DNA of 62,626 nt, filler included, from Klebsormidium nitens (taxonomy: Eukaryota; Plantae; Klebsormidiophyceae): NCBI GenBank assembly GCA_000708835.1. It is 8 parts of 8 records of this genome, joined end to end, with 100 filler letters (N's around TTAATTAATTAA, not from the genome) between each part and the next. Parts side by side here need not be neighbours in the genome. Positions count along the whole stretch, not along the records: positions 29,378 to 40,054 come from DF238163.1; positions 40,155 to 45,199 come from DF238499.1; positions 45,300 to 47,398 come from DF238741.1; positions 47,499 to 49,944 come from DF238687.1; 4 more parts are not named here. The stretch is one strand, 5' to 3'. Position numbers and translations under genes: made by a program. The notes beneath the pieces were generated by a model that ran no database searches, had not been told where the DNA came from, and saw nothing but the letters and a program-made list of their open reading frames with translations. This document shows, piece after piece, positions 35,531 through 47,991 of the stretch (within the stretch, counting starts at the first letter, position 1; every line of letters begins with the position of its first letter).

Positions 35531-36927
35531 TAGAGCATTGGGCGGTGTCACACTTCCTCCGAAGTGCAAATGGCGAAGCTCGGGGCAAAATCGCCCGGGA
35601 TTTGCCCCAATTTTACGGCATTATTGCGCGCCACATAAAAAGTCCGGGCGCAGTGCCGGCGGGAGCACGGCGCACGGACATGTATTTAATCGTGCGATTT
35701 GTCCGCGGTCTTCGCGCGGAACCCGCCGCAATTTTGCCCCGGGCCGAAAAGCACCGTAGCTGTCCCGTGCGCCACCTATTCTATCTAACACCTGCGAAAT
35801 CGTTGAGAATGTACATGTATCTAGACATGAACCCGTCCATGTCCAGCGATGGCTTTCGTTTTGACAATGCATCAGGTCGAGATCCAATATTAGTTCCATA
35901 TTCGATTCTTGAAGGCCCTATCCAGATGTTGATGCCAAGTAATGTGATTTGTGCTCACCTTTCCAGAAAACTTGCTAGAGTCACAATCTCGAGGCTTCTG
36001 ATGATTTCAAATCGACGCCTTTGCCTAAAGGTGCTGAAACATTGTGGAATTATCCGCTATAGCATCTGTAATACAATCATCGTAGGGCATCTAAAAGCTG
36101 ATGAGGTGGATCAAAGGGATAAACCGCATCGAGAAACAAAGAGCACTTACTCCCAGTTCTTCAAGAGGGTGAGACAATCTTTAGCGGCACCAATAACCAA
36201 ATGCAATGGCTGTGGTCTATTCACCACTACGCTTGAGCTGTTCTACTTGTGTGTCCGGCTTGTGTGTCCTGAAAAGACGACGAAGCTTTGCTCATCCCCC
36301 GAAAGTAATCTATGCAGTTTGTACACTTTTTGTAACGCTCTTTCTAATGCAAGCTTGCAAAGTGACACAGGAGTCCGGAAGCCTTTTATTCTAAGATTTA
36401 TGGTGAGGGACTGATTGATGTAGTTGCTTACTTGTTATCGGATCTCATTGTGTTGCTCAGCACCCATGCTCATNNNNNNNNNNNNNNNNNNNNNNNNNNN
36501 NNNNNNNNNNNNNNNNNNNNNNNNNNNNNNNNNNNNNNNNNNNNNNNNNNNNNNNNNNNNNNNNNNNNNNNNNNNNNNNNNNNNNNNNNNNNNNNNNNNN
36601 NNNNNNNNNNNNNNNNNNNNNNNNNNNNNNNNNNNNNNNNNNNNNNNNNNNNNNNNNNNNNNNNNNNNNNNNNNNNNNNNNNNNNNNNNNNNNNNNNNNN
36701 NNNNNNNNNNNNNNNNNNNNNNNNNNNNNNNNNNNNNNNNNNNNNNNNNNNNNNNNNNNNNNNNNNNNNNNNNNNNNNNNNNNNNNNNNNNNNNNNNNNN
36801 NNNNNNNNNNNNNNNNNNNNNNNNNNNNNNNNNNNNNNNNNNNNNNNNNNNNNNNNNNNNNNNNNNNNNNNNNNNNNNNNNNNNNNNNNNNNNNNNNNNN
36901 NNNNNNNNNNNNNNNNNNNNNNNNNNN

Positions 36928-37304
36928 ACACGAAGCGCCTGAAAGGCGGCTTCCTTTTCTCCCCGAAATCCTCTTAAAATGATGTATCACAATAGTGGTT
37001 TCCACCATTACAAGGCTCACAAGTCTCTCCCGTTCCACTAGGCTCATTGGCCTTAGCCACACACTACTAGGCCCACTAGCCTAGCTCAAAGTCACCCGAT
37101 CAATCTGAGCCTTCGATATTCTCGTCTACGGGTTACAGTAACGGCTCTTGCAACCGACTAACTTTCAAATTGCCAAACGCTTTAACCGCCTAATCGCCGT
37201 GCACGCATGCCAACGCTCACTCGTCCAAACCCGAATCAGGTCGAACGTGGTGTGAACCCTGGTCACATAGGAAGTCGACTGATCAAAGTATTCAAATCCT
37301 AACA
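36928..37304 (-). mobile_element. LTR (family C), truncated by a gap
   Basis: Ends ATCCTAACA (TGTTAGGAT on the minus strand); TTAACCGCCTAA and CACACACTACTAGGC motifs match 31852-32306 and 58147-58410. Confidence 0.75.
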
Positions 37305-39009
37305 GTCTCAACATTCGACGTGTCCATTCTAATATCCTCAGTCTCGGTCTGATTATATGAAAGGTGCATTTTCAACGCTTGATTCTCAAAACTTGACTGC
37401 AAACGGGCAAACTTTTGCATCAAAATTTTCTAGTCAGATTATTCAATCAGTGGTATGAAATTTCCCTATCAATCTTGAGCCAGAAAGTAACGATCAGTTG
37501 TATTGATGGTTTTGCGAACAACAATCAGCAATAACAATTTTAACCTGCAAAATAATGAACAAACTTTGGACCGGATGGCATGTGTCGGATAAAAGGGACA
37601 TGCGCCAGACTGCTAGAAGGTGAAACACGACGAACGATGCAATATTGTAATTAACGTGGCAAAGTGATTAACCATATTCGGGTAACTAATTGAAAAGGTT
37701 CAAAGCACATTGAGATTTGCAACCGGATGATTTACTTGAAATAGGTTCAGACTTCCGGGCCGTAGTCCGTCTGTCTGTCTGTAGTCTGCAAAAGAGTGTA
37801 CAGCATTATAAATCAATTGTGCATGTACGATCAATTTTCTGCGACATAGAAGAATAAAAGTTTAGCAATCAACGATGACGGTTTTAGTCGGGTGTCATGT
37901 GAACTTCCTGTGTGGAATCATAAAAGTTGACATGCGTGTCGAGGTTTTCAAATGCAAAATTTCGGTCAAGCCTTCTCTACCTATGCATGCATGCTTGACG
38001 AACTACTTACGCACCTTTGAGGGTACCCAGCATATTATAGTTTCTTCAGAGTACATTTCGTCAACCCCTCAACCGCATTCCCTCCTTCGACAGGGCCCAA
38101 CGACCTTTTCACGAGCTCCTTTCTGTGCAATACGTATCCTTCCAAGACTTGCAAAATCGCGTGTACAACACTTTTTCTCCAAAAAACCCGCTTGATCTGC
38201 CAATAGTAGCTTACAAAGGACGCTTATTTCGTTTTTCATCATGGACCTATCATAGAAATGCACCTGCGCCCTAAGGCTGCCGAATCCAACGCCACTTCGC
38301 ATTTCCACTTCCTACCGAAGCTCCAGAAGAATGCCAATCGCTGTCAAGCGTGCCTTAAATTTTTCTTTGAGGCCCAATGCACCCACAGAGTACGTGGCAA
38401 AGATGGCCCGCAAACGCTTGTTCAATTTCGTATCCCAACGAACTGTGTCTTTGTTTGATGCATCGCTCATCCTTTTTTTCTGCCGCCTTGAGGGAAGCAA
38501 CAATAGCAACAAAACCTTCTTAGCGGACAGATATATGCGGTGGAGATTGAGATTAGATGTACCGGAGTGCAACGTTCCACGAACACAAGCCGTGACGACA
38601 CCATCGCAACCCTCGCTCTGTCTGAGATACAAATAGGCCCGACCACCGTTAAGATACTCTTTCCATGCGGCTTGTACCAAGCGCTCCGAACAACTTGCAC
38701 GGTGTTCATGAAGAACTCAACAGAATGCTTTGTTTCGCATCAAATAACCGAGAACATCATGAATCTTGAGACCAAAGAGCCGAATGCATACATCTAGCCG
38801 TCACTACCTATACATAGCGTTGTAGAGGAAGCGTGCAATCCCGCCCCTAACTGTTCCCGGTAGCTTGATGGAGAAGAGGTCGGGGCATTTCAGCCAGATT
38901 CGTTTGCAGGATAAGGTCCATTCAGAAACCGACACATGGCGTAGGTCGGAACTTTGGTGTTAGGGGCGGCTCGGCCCTCGATTTTGCAGGCCGGGAGCGA
39001 ATATTGTCA

Positions 39010-39410
39010 CCGGCTAAACCACCGGGCAACACTGCCGCGTGTACAACGACTACGGTAACTGCCCGGTCCAAAAAGTACCACGCTGTTTCGACTGGCCTAG
39101 CGGTATTGCCCGAGTTCGGAAAATTGCAGCTGGAGCAGGTGTTACGTAGATGACATAGACGCCGAGTTTAAAATGGTGGTGTCCTCTTCAAGGCATTGCA
39201 CAAATGTGTACAGAGTCGCGTTCAACCGAATTTGAGTCTACATTGACCGTAGAGGCTTGCCCGTAAAAGTCGGTCGACCGTACGGCGGCACGATGAAATT
39301 TTCTGAACATGGTTGGAAAAGTGTGCAAGTCGCCGCGCGCCGCGTGTCAACATTTAACGTCGGTGCGTGCGGCGGTCCAATTTGGTACAGTCAGTGTATG
39401 GTTTAGCCGG
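39010..39410. mobile_element. Candidate MITE
   Basis: 12-bp perfect inverted repeat CCGGCTAAACCA (39010-39021) / TGGTTTAGCCGG (39399-39410); no TSD seen. Confidence 0.4.
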
Positions 39411-39786
39411 GTTTCGTAACCATGGGGGCGCGATTGACACCATCGAACTCCACCGTTTTGGCTGAGGTTGCGTGGACCGTCGATACGAATATCTAGGGTC
39501 AAAACTGCCTTATCCTGCAAACGAATCGACTTTCCAATCTGGGAGTGATGGCTTCTGCGGACTCCGAGTTAGGGACGGGGTTGCGACGTTCGTCAACAAC
39601 GCTATGATACCTTAGATTTGACAATTCGCGTATGTAAAGCTTATACGAACGTCTTGAAACACCGCGTTGTTGAAAGTGATATTCACACAATCAAGTTCAC
39701 ACAATGTATATGGATTGTTCCGAGTCAAGGCCTATCTCTCGGTTTATGTTAGGATTAAGGTTGGTTGACGGCCAAATTGTGGACAT

Positions 39787-40054
39787 TAAGGACAAAGAGA
39801 ACAAGCACTTGTAAGTTTAAGATGAAAGAGACTGAGGGCTTGACGGATTAAGATGAAAGAAGTTGAAGACTTGCCAGATTAAGGAAGAAGGGATCGAGGG
39901 CTTTATAGATTAAGTTGAAAAGGATTGAGTGCTTGATTGATTAAGATAAGAGGAGCTGATTGCTTGGCAGATTAAGGTAAAAGAAGTTGAGTGCTTGATG
40001 GATTAAGATGGAAGGGATTGTGTGCTTGGCAGATTAAGGCCAAATAGCCCAATT
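39787..40054 (+). repeat. 31-bp minisatellite, 8+ units, after an LTR-like TGTTAGG start at 39747
   Basis: TAAG anchors at 39787, 39818, 39849, 39880, 39911, 39942, 39973, 40004 and 40035. Confidence 0.9.
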
Positions 40055-40154
40055 NNNNNNNNNNNNNNNNNNNNNNNNNNNNNNNNNNNNNNNNNNNNTT
40101 AATTAATTAANNNNNNNNNNNNNNNNNNNNNNNNNNNNNNNNNNNNNNNNNNNN

Positions 40155-43100
40155 AAACCCTGTCCAACCGTCACAGATGAACTACCATCTCGAAAGTAGA
40201 ATGCGCCTTCCACGAAGTTCCCTGACTCCGGCGTGTGTATGTCGCGACGATACCAGTGAATTCCAACCGGCAGTTTGCGCCAAGTTGTCGCGTTGGCAAC
40301 AGCGCGACCTTCCCTGTTCACAGTGTATCTGCCCCAAGCATGTGTATTCTGCCAGACCCGTGAGCTACAGAAGTACAGACCAGGTGTTTCTTTTTGTTCA
40401 TCCCATCTGTCAGGGATGCCATTCAGCACAACTTCCTGTCCGCCCTGAGTGCGTTGGGTGTCTGGTGCCTTGCTACCCCGTAGCTCAGAAACCACTGCCT
40501 TTTGGACCACAACTGGACTCCCTCGTGCCTCAACTCGTGCCTCAGCACGCTGCTGACGGTTCTTCACACTTTTGGACTGACTTGGCGGTGTCTCAACGGC
40601 CTGGGTCCGAGTCTCACCTAGTGTTGACGAACCTGGTAACTCCGGCTGCACGCGCTGGTCTCCCCCAGTCGTGACAGCAGGGTTCTGCAGTGGGGCCGCC
40701 TTGGGTGTCGTGAACCCAGGTGGCGTCACTGGAGTCGTAACTGGGGCCGGTGTTGTCGCTGCTGCTGGCCCAGGCACGCGTGGTGGCTGGAGCGCTGCAA
40801 CGGCCCTTGGAATGGCGGCTGCAAGCAGTCCGCCCGCTCGAATGAAGNNNNNNNNNNNNNNNNNNNNNNNNNNNNNNNNNNNNNNNNNNNNNNNNNNNNN
40901 NNNNNNNNNNNNNNNNNNNNNNNNNNNNNNNNNNNNNNNNNNNNNNNNNNNNNNNNNNNNNNNNNNNNNNNNNNNNNNNNNNNNNNNNNNNNNNNNNNNN
41001 NNNNNNNNNNNNNNNNNNNNNNNNNNNNNNNNNNNNNNNNNNNNNNNNNNNNNNNNNNNNNNNNNNNNNNNNNNNNNNNNNNNNNNNNNNNNNNNNNNNN
41101 NNNNNNNNNNNNNNNNNNNNNNNNNNNNNNNNNNNNNNNNNNNNNNNNNNNNNNNNNNNNNNNNNNNNNNNNNNNNNNNNNNNNNNNNNNNNNNNNNNNN
41201 NNNNNNNNNNNNNNNNNNNNNNNNNNNNNNNNNNNNNNNNNNNNNNNNNNNNNNNNNNNNNNNNNNNNNNNNNNNNNNNNNNNNNNNNNNNNNNNNNNNN
41301 NNNNNNNNNNNNNNNNNNNNNNNNNNNNNNNNNNNNNNNNNNNNNNNNNNNNNNNNNNNNNNNNNNNNNNNNNNNNNNNNNNNNNNNNNNNNNNNNNNNN
41401 NNNNNNNNNNNNNNNNNNNNNCTGCTGGCCCAGGCACGCGTGGTGGCTGGAGCGCTGCAACGGCCCTTGGAATGGCGGCTGCAAGCAGTCCGCCCGCTCG
41501 AATGAAGACTCGCCCCTGTTTGAACACTTGCGCCAGGTTGGTCAGAGTTGACCTCGCCAAGTCATCTCGGCCCGCGCTGGTTCGACTGCTCTCTTCTCCC
41601 GTTCTGCCACCAAGCGCCGCGCGCTGGCCAGTGCGGAATCTGCAGGGCAAACAAAGATGTCGCGCATGGTCCGGAATCCGGCCATCTCACAGTTGCGCAG
41701 GGCCCAGGCCAAATGTTTCCACAACCAGGATTGTGACCACCTGTCGGCCTGGTCCAAAATCACCTGGAGGTTGACCAATCCGTGACCCAAGTAACGCAAC
41801 TCAGTGCCAATTCCTTTTACGTTCCCCCTCACAAGGTACTCAGACCGCCACTGCAACCACCACCAGAACTCAGCAAGCAGCATGCACGCCGTACTGGTTG
41901 GGCCGCTTAGTGTCTTTGTCCCGTCGATCAGGCCGTGGGCAAGCTCTAACACATACTGCATCAAAGCCAACCCGTGCTCAATCTCAAGTGCTGTGTGCTC
42001 AGCAGTTCCGACAACCTCAGCTGGCGCTAGGTTCAAAGGCAAGAGAGAAAGTTCACTGAGCTCTTTTAACAGGAACAACAGACGTAACCCCAGCGCTTTG
42101 TACTGGCCAGGCGTCAGCAGGTCACCCGTTCTCAAAAGCAGACTCCCTGTCTCAATGCTGGGATCAAGCAGTGCGCTGCGGACTGCGCGCGCCTGTTTGT
42201 CCTGTTTGGGCACTGTCAGTGCAACTCGGTTCCAGCTCTCCCCAAGTGGGGTAACTCTCACGGCCTAGGAGCCGCCTAGTTCTGAAAGCCACACCGTCCA
42301 TACCTGGTCTCGGGCCCCCGGAGAACATTCCACGGACCACCCCAGGCAGAAAACCCTGTTCTGAGTTATCCCCAAGCGCTCGTTATCCCCAAGCGCTCGC
42401 ACAGCATCTCGGACATCATCAGTTACTGGGCCTCCTAGCAGCGCCTGCACCTCGACCGTGTGGTAGTTGGCGCGTACTGCTGGTGGCCAAGCCTCAGGGG
42501 CAATATCTCTGTATTCCCCCAACAACTCACCTCCCTCAATTATGACCGGCGGCTCTGCAAACGGATCCACCGTTCCATGCCGGCCTTGACGTCCCCCCAG
42601 TTCCATGTCCGCCGTCACGTCTCCCTCCAACTCTGCATGAGCAAAAGGACCGGTTAGTAACGTGTCAGGCACTTTACCAAGGGTGTCTAGCCCTGACTGG
42701 GCCTCACTGTCCGACCTGTCGCTGGTCAAACCGTCCCTGCTGGCAGCATTTCGGTACCCGTACAAGGGTTTTTGAACACCAAACAGGTCGGTCACAAAGT
42801 TTTCACCCGGAATCTCATCCTCAGGAACCGGATTCTTCACCACTTGCGACGTCGGCAGTTCGTAATCAGCCTTTCCCTGGTACCTGGGGTCCGTTGTGGC
42901 AAGCTCCTCAAACGACTGAGGCAACTCGCTGTCTCCACCTGCGCCAGGCACCTTTTCAAGCGCCTTTGGCAGCCCCGCGGTCTCGCTCTCACCTTGATCA
43001 GCCGAAACCTGAAACGGATCGTACTCCAGGTCCTTCCCCCCTCTGAGACGCTCAGTGGAAGTGGCGTCGTAGGGCAGGAAGCTCAGCGGCATGTTGCCTT

Positions 43101-43408
43101 GGACGCCCTTCAACTGCTGCGTCTCAGACGACCGCCGTTTCTTCTCCGTACCTGTAGCAAGAGCAGGAACAAGGGGTTCGTTTAGCTCAATGATCTCACC
43201 CGTGTAGGCGTCAGCAGGACCGTCGCACCCAGACTGTTTTGCCTGCCAATCCTCATAGGCTGCCTGCTTGTCTGCTGCGGACATGCTTGCAAAGTTAGCC
43301 TCCGTAGCTTTCTTTGCCGACCGCGCATGCTTGACTTGCGGCTTCTCCTTAGCAAAGTTTGGCGCCAGTTCTGGATGCAGTGCCCAGCATTGCTCGTTCG
43401 AGTGAGTG
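40155..43408 (-). pseudogene. Long non-pol reading frames downstream of gag, function unknown
   Basis: The frame continues from the gag frameshift to TAG at 42265 and stays in frame through 41542-42261; a further frame runs to the contig end. No protease, RT or integrase motifs seen. Confidence 0.5.
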
Positions 43409-44689
43409 TTAAATGTTGTGGTGCGAGCACCACGGCTTCCCCTTTTCCCTCTTCGACATCTCGCCGCCAGCTTGCCGCTTCGTGCAGTCCCTTGAAATGT
43501 GGCCTGTCTCGCCACATGTGTAACACGTCTTATCCGAGTTCTGAGGCTTGTTGTTAGCCCTTGGATTGGCAAAACGTGCAACAGAGGTGACTGGCTTGGC
43601 GGGCTTAGGCTTTCCCCGTGGCGGATGGGGACAAGCGTTCTGCAAGTGATTAGGGTCGCCGCAGTTATGACATGCTTTGCCAGTCTTCGCGGACCCACCA
43701 CCAGAACTAGTGCTGCCAAACTTGTTGCTCACAGTGTCAGAGTGACTGGATTTGCCTGTCCAGAGTTCCTTTTCACTACGTCCGCGTTCAATCTGGAGCG
43801 CTATGTTGGACACTTGGTCAACCGTCCACAGGTTCGGATCCAAATGCAGGTGATTCAAGTGACTCTCGACTTCGCTGGCCATGTGCTTGGCCTTCAGACA
43901 GTCTAGCAGCTTGAACACGCTTTTCTGCTCGGGTTGGTTGAGAGTGACCATGAGGAACTTCATTCTCTGAAACATGTTCGCCAGCGACTCTCCCTTGTTC
44001 TGCGTAAACAGGTTGTACTCGCTTATCTTGGCGCTCGAACGTTCAGGATGCAACTCCTCAAGCATCGCCCAAAACCTTTCCATCGGCTGAAAGTACAGCT
44101 TCTCAAAAGCAAGTGCCACTGGCCGAACAGGCCGCACTGTGTCACCACGCTCAGTCTCAGTTTTACCATCCCACAACTCACATTCAAGTTGCCAGGCCCT
44201 GGTGCGCGTCGCAAACTGGGCCCGCGCTGGCGCATTTGCAGCTAACAGCTCCACCTCCATCGTACTCTCCAAATGGAACGCCCGTTCTCGTGCCCCTCCT
44301 CCCAGCAGTCCAACTGCAAGGTGGAACCGATCATTGTCATTCAACAGCTCGTCTGACCGTGGCTTGAGTTTCAACTCTACCTCCTTGGCCCTCCAGGCCT
44401 GGCGGAGACTTTGCAAACTCGGACTTGCAGGATCACCAGTAAAGACCACCCCCCCGGGACGGAAAGTACTGTCCATGTCGTCAAGTCCTTCAAAGAACAG
44501 GCTTTGGAACGGACCAAGCGACTCTTCCCTAAAACCGTGGCTGCTTTGATCAACTTCGATTCGATCCTCACTGCCCGATTCGTCTAGAAGACTGACTTCC
44601 TCTTGCCTAGGTGGAATGCGCCTGGAGCGCAGATCGTACCCCCCAGACTGAGGACCACTCATGAGATTGACACCAAGATCGTCTACCAC
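43409..44689 (-). CDS. gag: Retrotransposon Gag with two CCHC zinc knuckles
   Basis: CHNCGDPNHLQNAC and CYTCGETGHISRDC; capsid-like FTQNKGESLANMFQR. A third knuckle (WCSHHN/THSNEQCWALHPEL) is split by a +1 frameshift. Confidence 0.88.
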   Translation of the reverse strand: MVDDLGVNLMSGPQSGGYDLRSRRIPPRQEEVSLLDESGSEDRIEVDQSSHGFREESLGPFQSLFFEGLDDMDSTFRPGGVVFTGDPASPSLQSLRQAWRAKEVELKLKPRSDELLNDNDRFHLAVGLLGGGARERAFHLESTMEVELLAANAPARAQFATRTRAWQLECELWDGKTETERGDTVRPVRPVALAFEKLYFQPMERFWAMLEELHPERSSAKISEYNLFTQNKGESLANMFQRMKFLMVTLNQPEQKSVFKLLDCLKAKHMASEVESHLNHLHLDPNLWTVDQVSNIALQIERGRSEKELWTGKSSHSDTVSNKFGSTSSGGGSAKTGKACHNCGDPNHLQNACPHPPRGKPKPAKPVTSVARFANPRANNKPQNSDKTCYTCGETGHISRDCTKRQAGGEMSKREKGKPWCSHHNI

Positions 44690-45299
44690 TAAACGAGGCC
44701 AGTTTCCACCACCAAAGAGAGTTTATGTGCTGATAAACTTCGGGCCTAGTGTGCAGTTGAGAAGCTGCCACAACGTGGTCAGGTCGACCGTTCCGAGTCA
44801 ACTCCAAGTGCCAGTGCCTAGCAAGCCGAAGCAAGCTGTCCGTCAAATGAACCAAAGTTCACTGTCCGCCCTAGCAAGCCGAAGCAAGCTGTCCACCAGA
44901 GCAAACCGAAGTTCGCTGTTCGACAAACCGGGCAGAAAGCGCCCGGCCGGCAAGTGGCACTGGTCCACTTGCCTCCACAATCCCTCCCACGGGATATGAC
45001 CCCCTGGTCTCGCAGCGTTTTGCTTTGAGAACGCAGGTTTCGGTAGTCAGGTGAGTCCCGCGGTGTGCATGACTGCAAGTAGGCGTAAAAGTGACACGCT
45101 CAAGCAGAAACAACGGGACGGTCACACGACCCAAGAAAGCAACCACAATGTCTTTCCTTGTAACGGCGCTAGCTTTCCGAGCCCCTCGCGGCGATCCCCN
45201 NNNNNNNNNNNNNNNNNNNNNNNNNNNNNNNNNNNNNNNNNNNTTAATTAATTAANNNNNNNNNNNNNNNNNNNNNNNNNNNNNNNNNNNNNNNNNNNN

Positions 45300-47288
45300 G
45301 GATCCGTGCATGCGCACATTATCCTTTGGGTACATAAGGATGATGTCGTTCGTGTAGCAAACGAAATCTTGGCTTGCATTCCGGGTGACCTTACTGAATC
45401 TGGTCAGATGTCTCGTCCCAGTGGCCCGCTCCGCGCGCGCTTGTATGACATTGTAAGTCGAAAGCAGATGCACGTGTGCCGCCCTGATGCATGTGTCCGC
45501 GAGGGCCCGTGCAAGGCTGGGTATCCTTTTGAGTCACATTACGGCTTAACGGTAATGGATCCTGTCAGCAACAGGTGGAAGTATTTTCGTCCCGGAACGG
45601 ACCACCGTAACGTGGTATCGTATCATCCGGATTTGTTAGTTCTGTTGAATAACCACATGAACATTCAGCGCGTGACCGAGACAAATTGGTCTGGTTACGT
45701 GCTTAAATACGCTCTCAAATCCGAGCCGAGTGGAGAGCTCAATTTGGACGCTGATTTGGCGAGACGTCTTGGAATCAACCATTTGTCGGAGCAACAGCTC
45801 AAGCTCCTTACTGCAGCCATATTGGCGAGGCCGGTGTCCCCTTGTGAGGCTGCTCTCACCTGCCTTGAGATACATGTCGTTTAGCGCAGCGACACCGTCA
45901 CGTATGTCGACTCATCACCACCTCAGCTTTGCACGCGCCGGTTTTCTACTTGGGCTTCCAAGCCAATCATACCCGCGATTGACTTATATTGTGGGCGACC
46001 GTCTGCGCTGAACGACGTGACGTTCTGTCAATATTTCAGAGACTATGTGGTCAAACGCGAGTCAGCGCAGGGATTTGTGGGCCATGACGCATTTGGCGGG
46101 TCAGTTTTCAAGTCCCCGCATCTAACTCGGTACACGAATTTTCATCCTGAGTCTCAGCCTGAGGCTTATTTCTACAACGTGCTGCTTGAAACTACCCCTT
46201 TTGATGACGAAGCCGACCTGATCTCTCCTGAGAACACCGATCGTTCCTACTTTCATGAATGCATCCTCCGTTCGATCATAACTACCGAATCCGATCTGGA
46301 AGCTCATCTTGACAGATATACAGCAAGGAATCTTTTTACTGATGAGCGGAGACAACATCTCGTCGACCTTATGCTGCAGAAATACCCGATATCTGACATG
46401 GATGACCTGACACCGCTCGATGATCTGCCGTTGAGCGAACGGCTCGATTTTGCCCGTCAAACCCGCGCTGATTGGAACGCGGAGAGTCTGTTTGACCTAG
46501 GTCTGCACGATGACTTTGCTGATGCCACTAATGCCCGGTTGACGGAAAGTCAATCTCGTGTGTCAAACGTCATCCTTACGGCTAGAGGTTCGCATCTGAT
46601 CTCTGGCGCTCCGGGCTCTGGCAAGACCATTTTAACACGCTACCTAGTAAAACAATGGCTGCTCGAAGGTAAAAAGGTGCTTTTATGTGCCACGACGGGC
46701 GCCGCGGCATGCCGCTTGAGTAGAACGGCCACCACCGTTCACAGTCTCTTTGGCATACCCCCGAGAGGAAAATATCTGACGCCTATCAGCTCGACCAGCG
46801 AATTATTCATTAAGCTTATGTTGGCAGAGATTATCGTTATTGACGAGATGTCTATGCTAACCGCCTATATGTTGGATCTCATATTTTATCGCCTCCAACA
46901 AATATGCGGAACTCTTGAAGCCGCGCTCCGCGGCAAACTGATCCTCCTCGTCGGTGATCACGCGCAACTACCAGCTGTGTGTTATCACAGACTGGATGCT
47001 GACGACCCGGTGTGCCTGCAGTGCCACGTGTCTCGGTCACTGAATTGGCCGTTGTTTTCCATTCACGGCCTGCTTGGATCTAAACGTCACACTGATCTCC
47101 CGTTCCTTGACTTTCTGAATGAAATCAGGTTCGATGTGCCTACGCAGGAACGCATCAATGAAGTGCTTGGAGGATGTTTTATAACTGAGGCGGCGGCAGA
47201 AGCTTCGATCGCGGGCGACGTGCTCGTGCTTTGTTCGCATCGCGCCGACGCTATGACGGCGGGGCTAGTTAGCACGCCGTTGAACTGA
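45300..47288 (+). mobile_element. Helitron Rep-helicase, intronless here, one in-frame stop
   Basis: HUH motif HAHIILW; YVLKY catalytic tyrosines; PIF1 motifs GAPGSGKT, ATTGAAA, IDEMSML, GDHAQLP. TAG at 45882-45884 is in frame with the ORF at 46017. Confidence 0.92.
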
Positions 47289-47498
47289 ATACCCTTACGG
47301 CTGTCAGTCTGCTTACACATGTGCGGAAACCATGGGCAAGCTTTACAGCCAACAGACAAGGAAGACACGCGAGAGCGCCTCTCTGTAAAAGTGTTGCTNN
47401 NNNNNNNNNNNNNNNNNNNNNNNNNNNNNNNNNNNNNNNNNNTTAATTAATTAANNNNNNNNNNNNNNNNNNNNNNNNNNNNNNNNNNNNNNNNNNNN

Positions 47499-47990
47499 CT
47501 CTGCCCTCGATATGGGTTGATCACGTCTCATCCACGATCAGAAAGCCATGTCAAGAGATAAGACAATTGAATCCACATATGTTGAGCACGTTGCGCTGTC
47601 GCGATGAGGATCACCACAAGTCGAGACAGATAAGCAAGTCATGATACATGATGTGACAAGATATGCATGAATAGCATACAGGCTCCACATACGACATGGA
47701 TTATGCGGCTAATCGTACAACTCATTCTTGTCCATTGCCTTTGACAAGACCAGCCACGCAAGCTGTGCAGAACACAGATATGCTTGGCCGCATCGAACGG
47801 CAAAGCCGAATACAGCTTATCCTGAACGGTGACATCGGCTCACTAAAGCCGATCCATCCGGGATATTACGCCGTCTTGCAGACAGCCACACAGTGCGTCG
47901 TTAAGACGTAACCACTGCCGTTTCGCTAACTCGCGGTCAACGAAATCCTGTCGAGAACGAGGTTAGGCTTAACCAGTCGTAATCGTTACA
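47499..47990 (-). mobile_element. LTR (family A)
   Basis: Ends CGTAATCGTTACA; reverse complement matches 2676-2804. Confidence 0.8.
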
Positions 47991-47991
47991 C

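Noticed and set aside
35374-36414. 346-aa ORF
   Set aside because: Its N-terminal part translates a low-complexity GTAC tract and no domain motifs were seen.
38069-38800. Possible decayed gene on the minus strand
   Set aside because: Stops interrupt it and no family could be recognised.
40762-41507. 86-bp direct repeat flanking a gap (40762-40847 and 41422-41507)
   Set aside because: Identical sequence on both sides of the gap is most likely an unmerged contig overlap.
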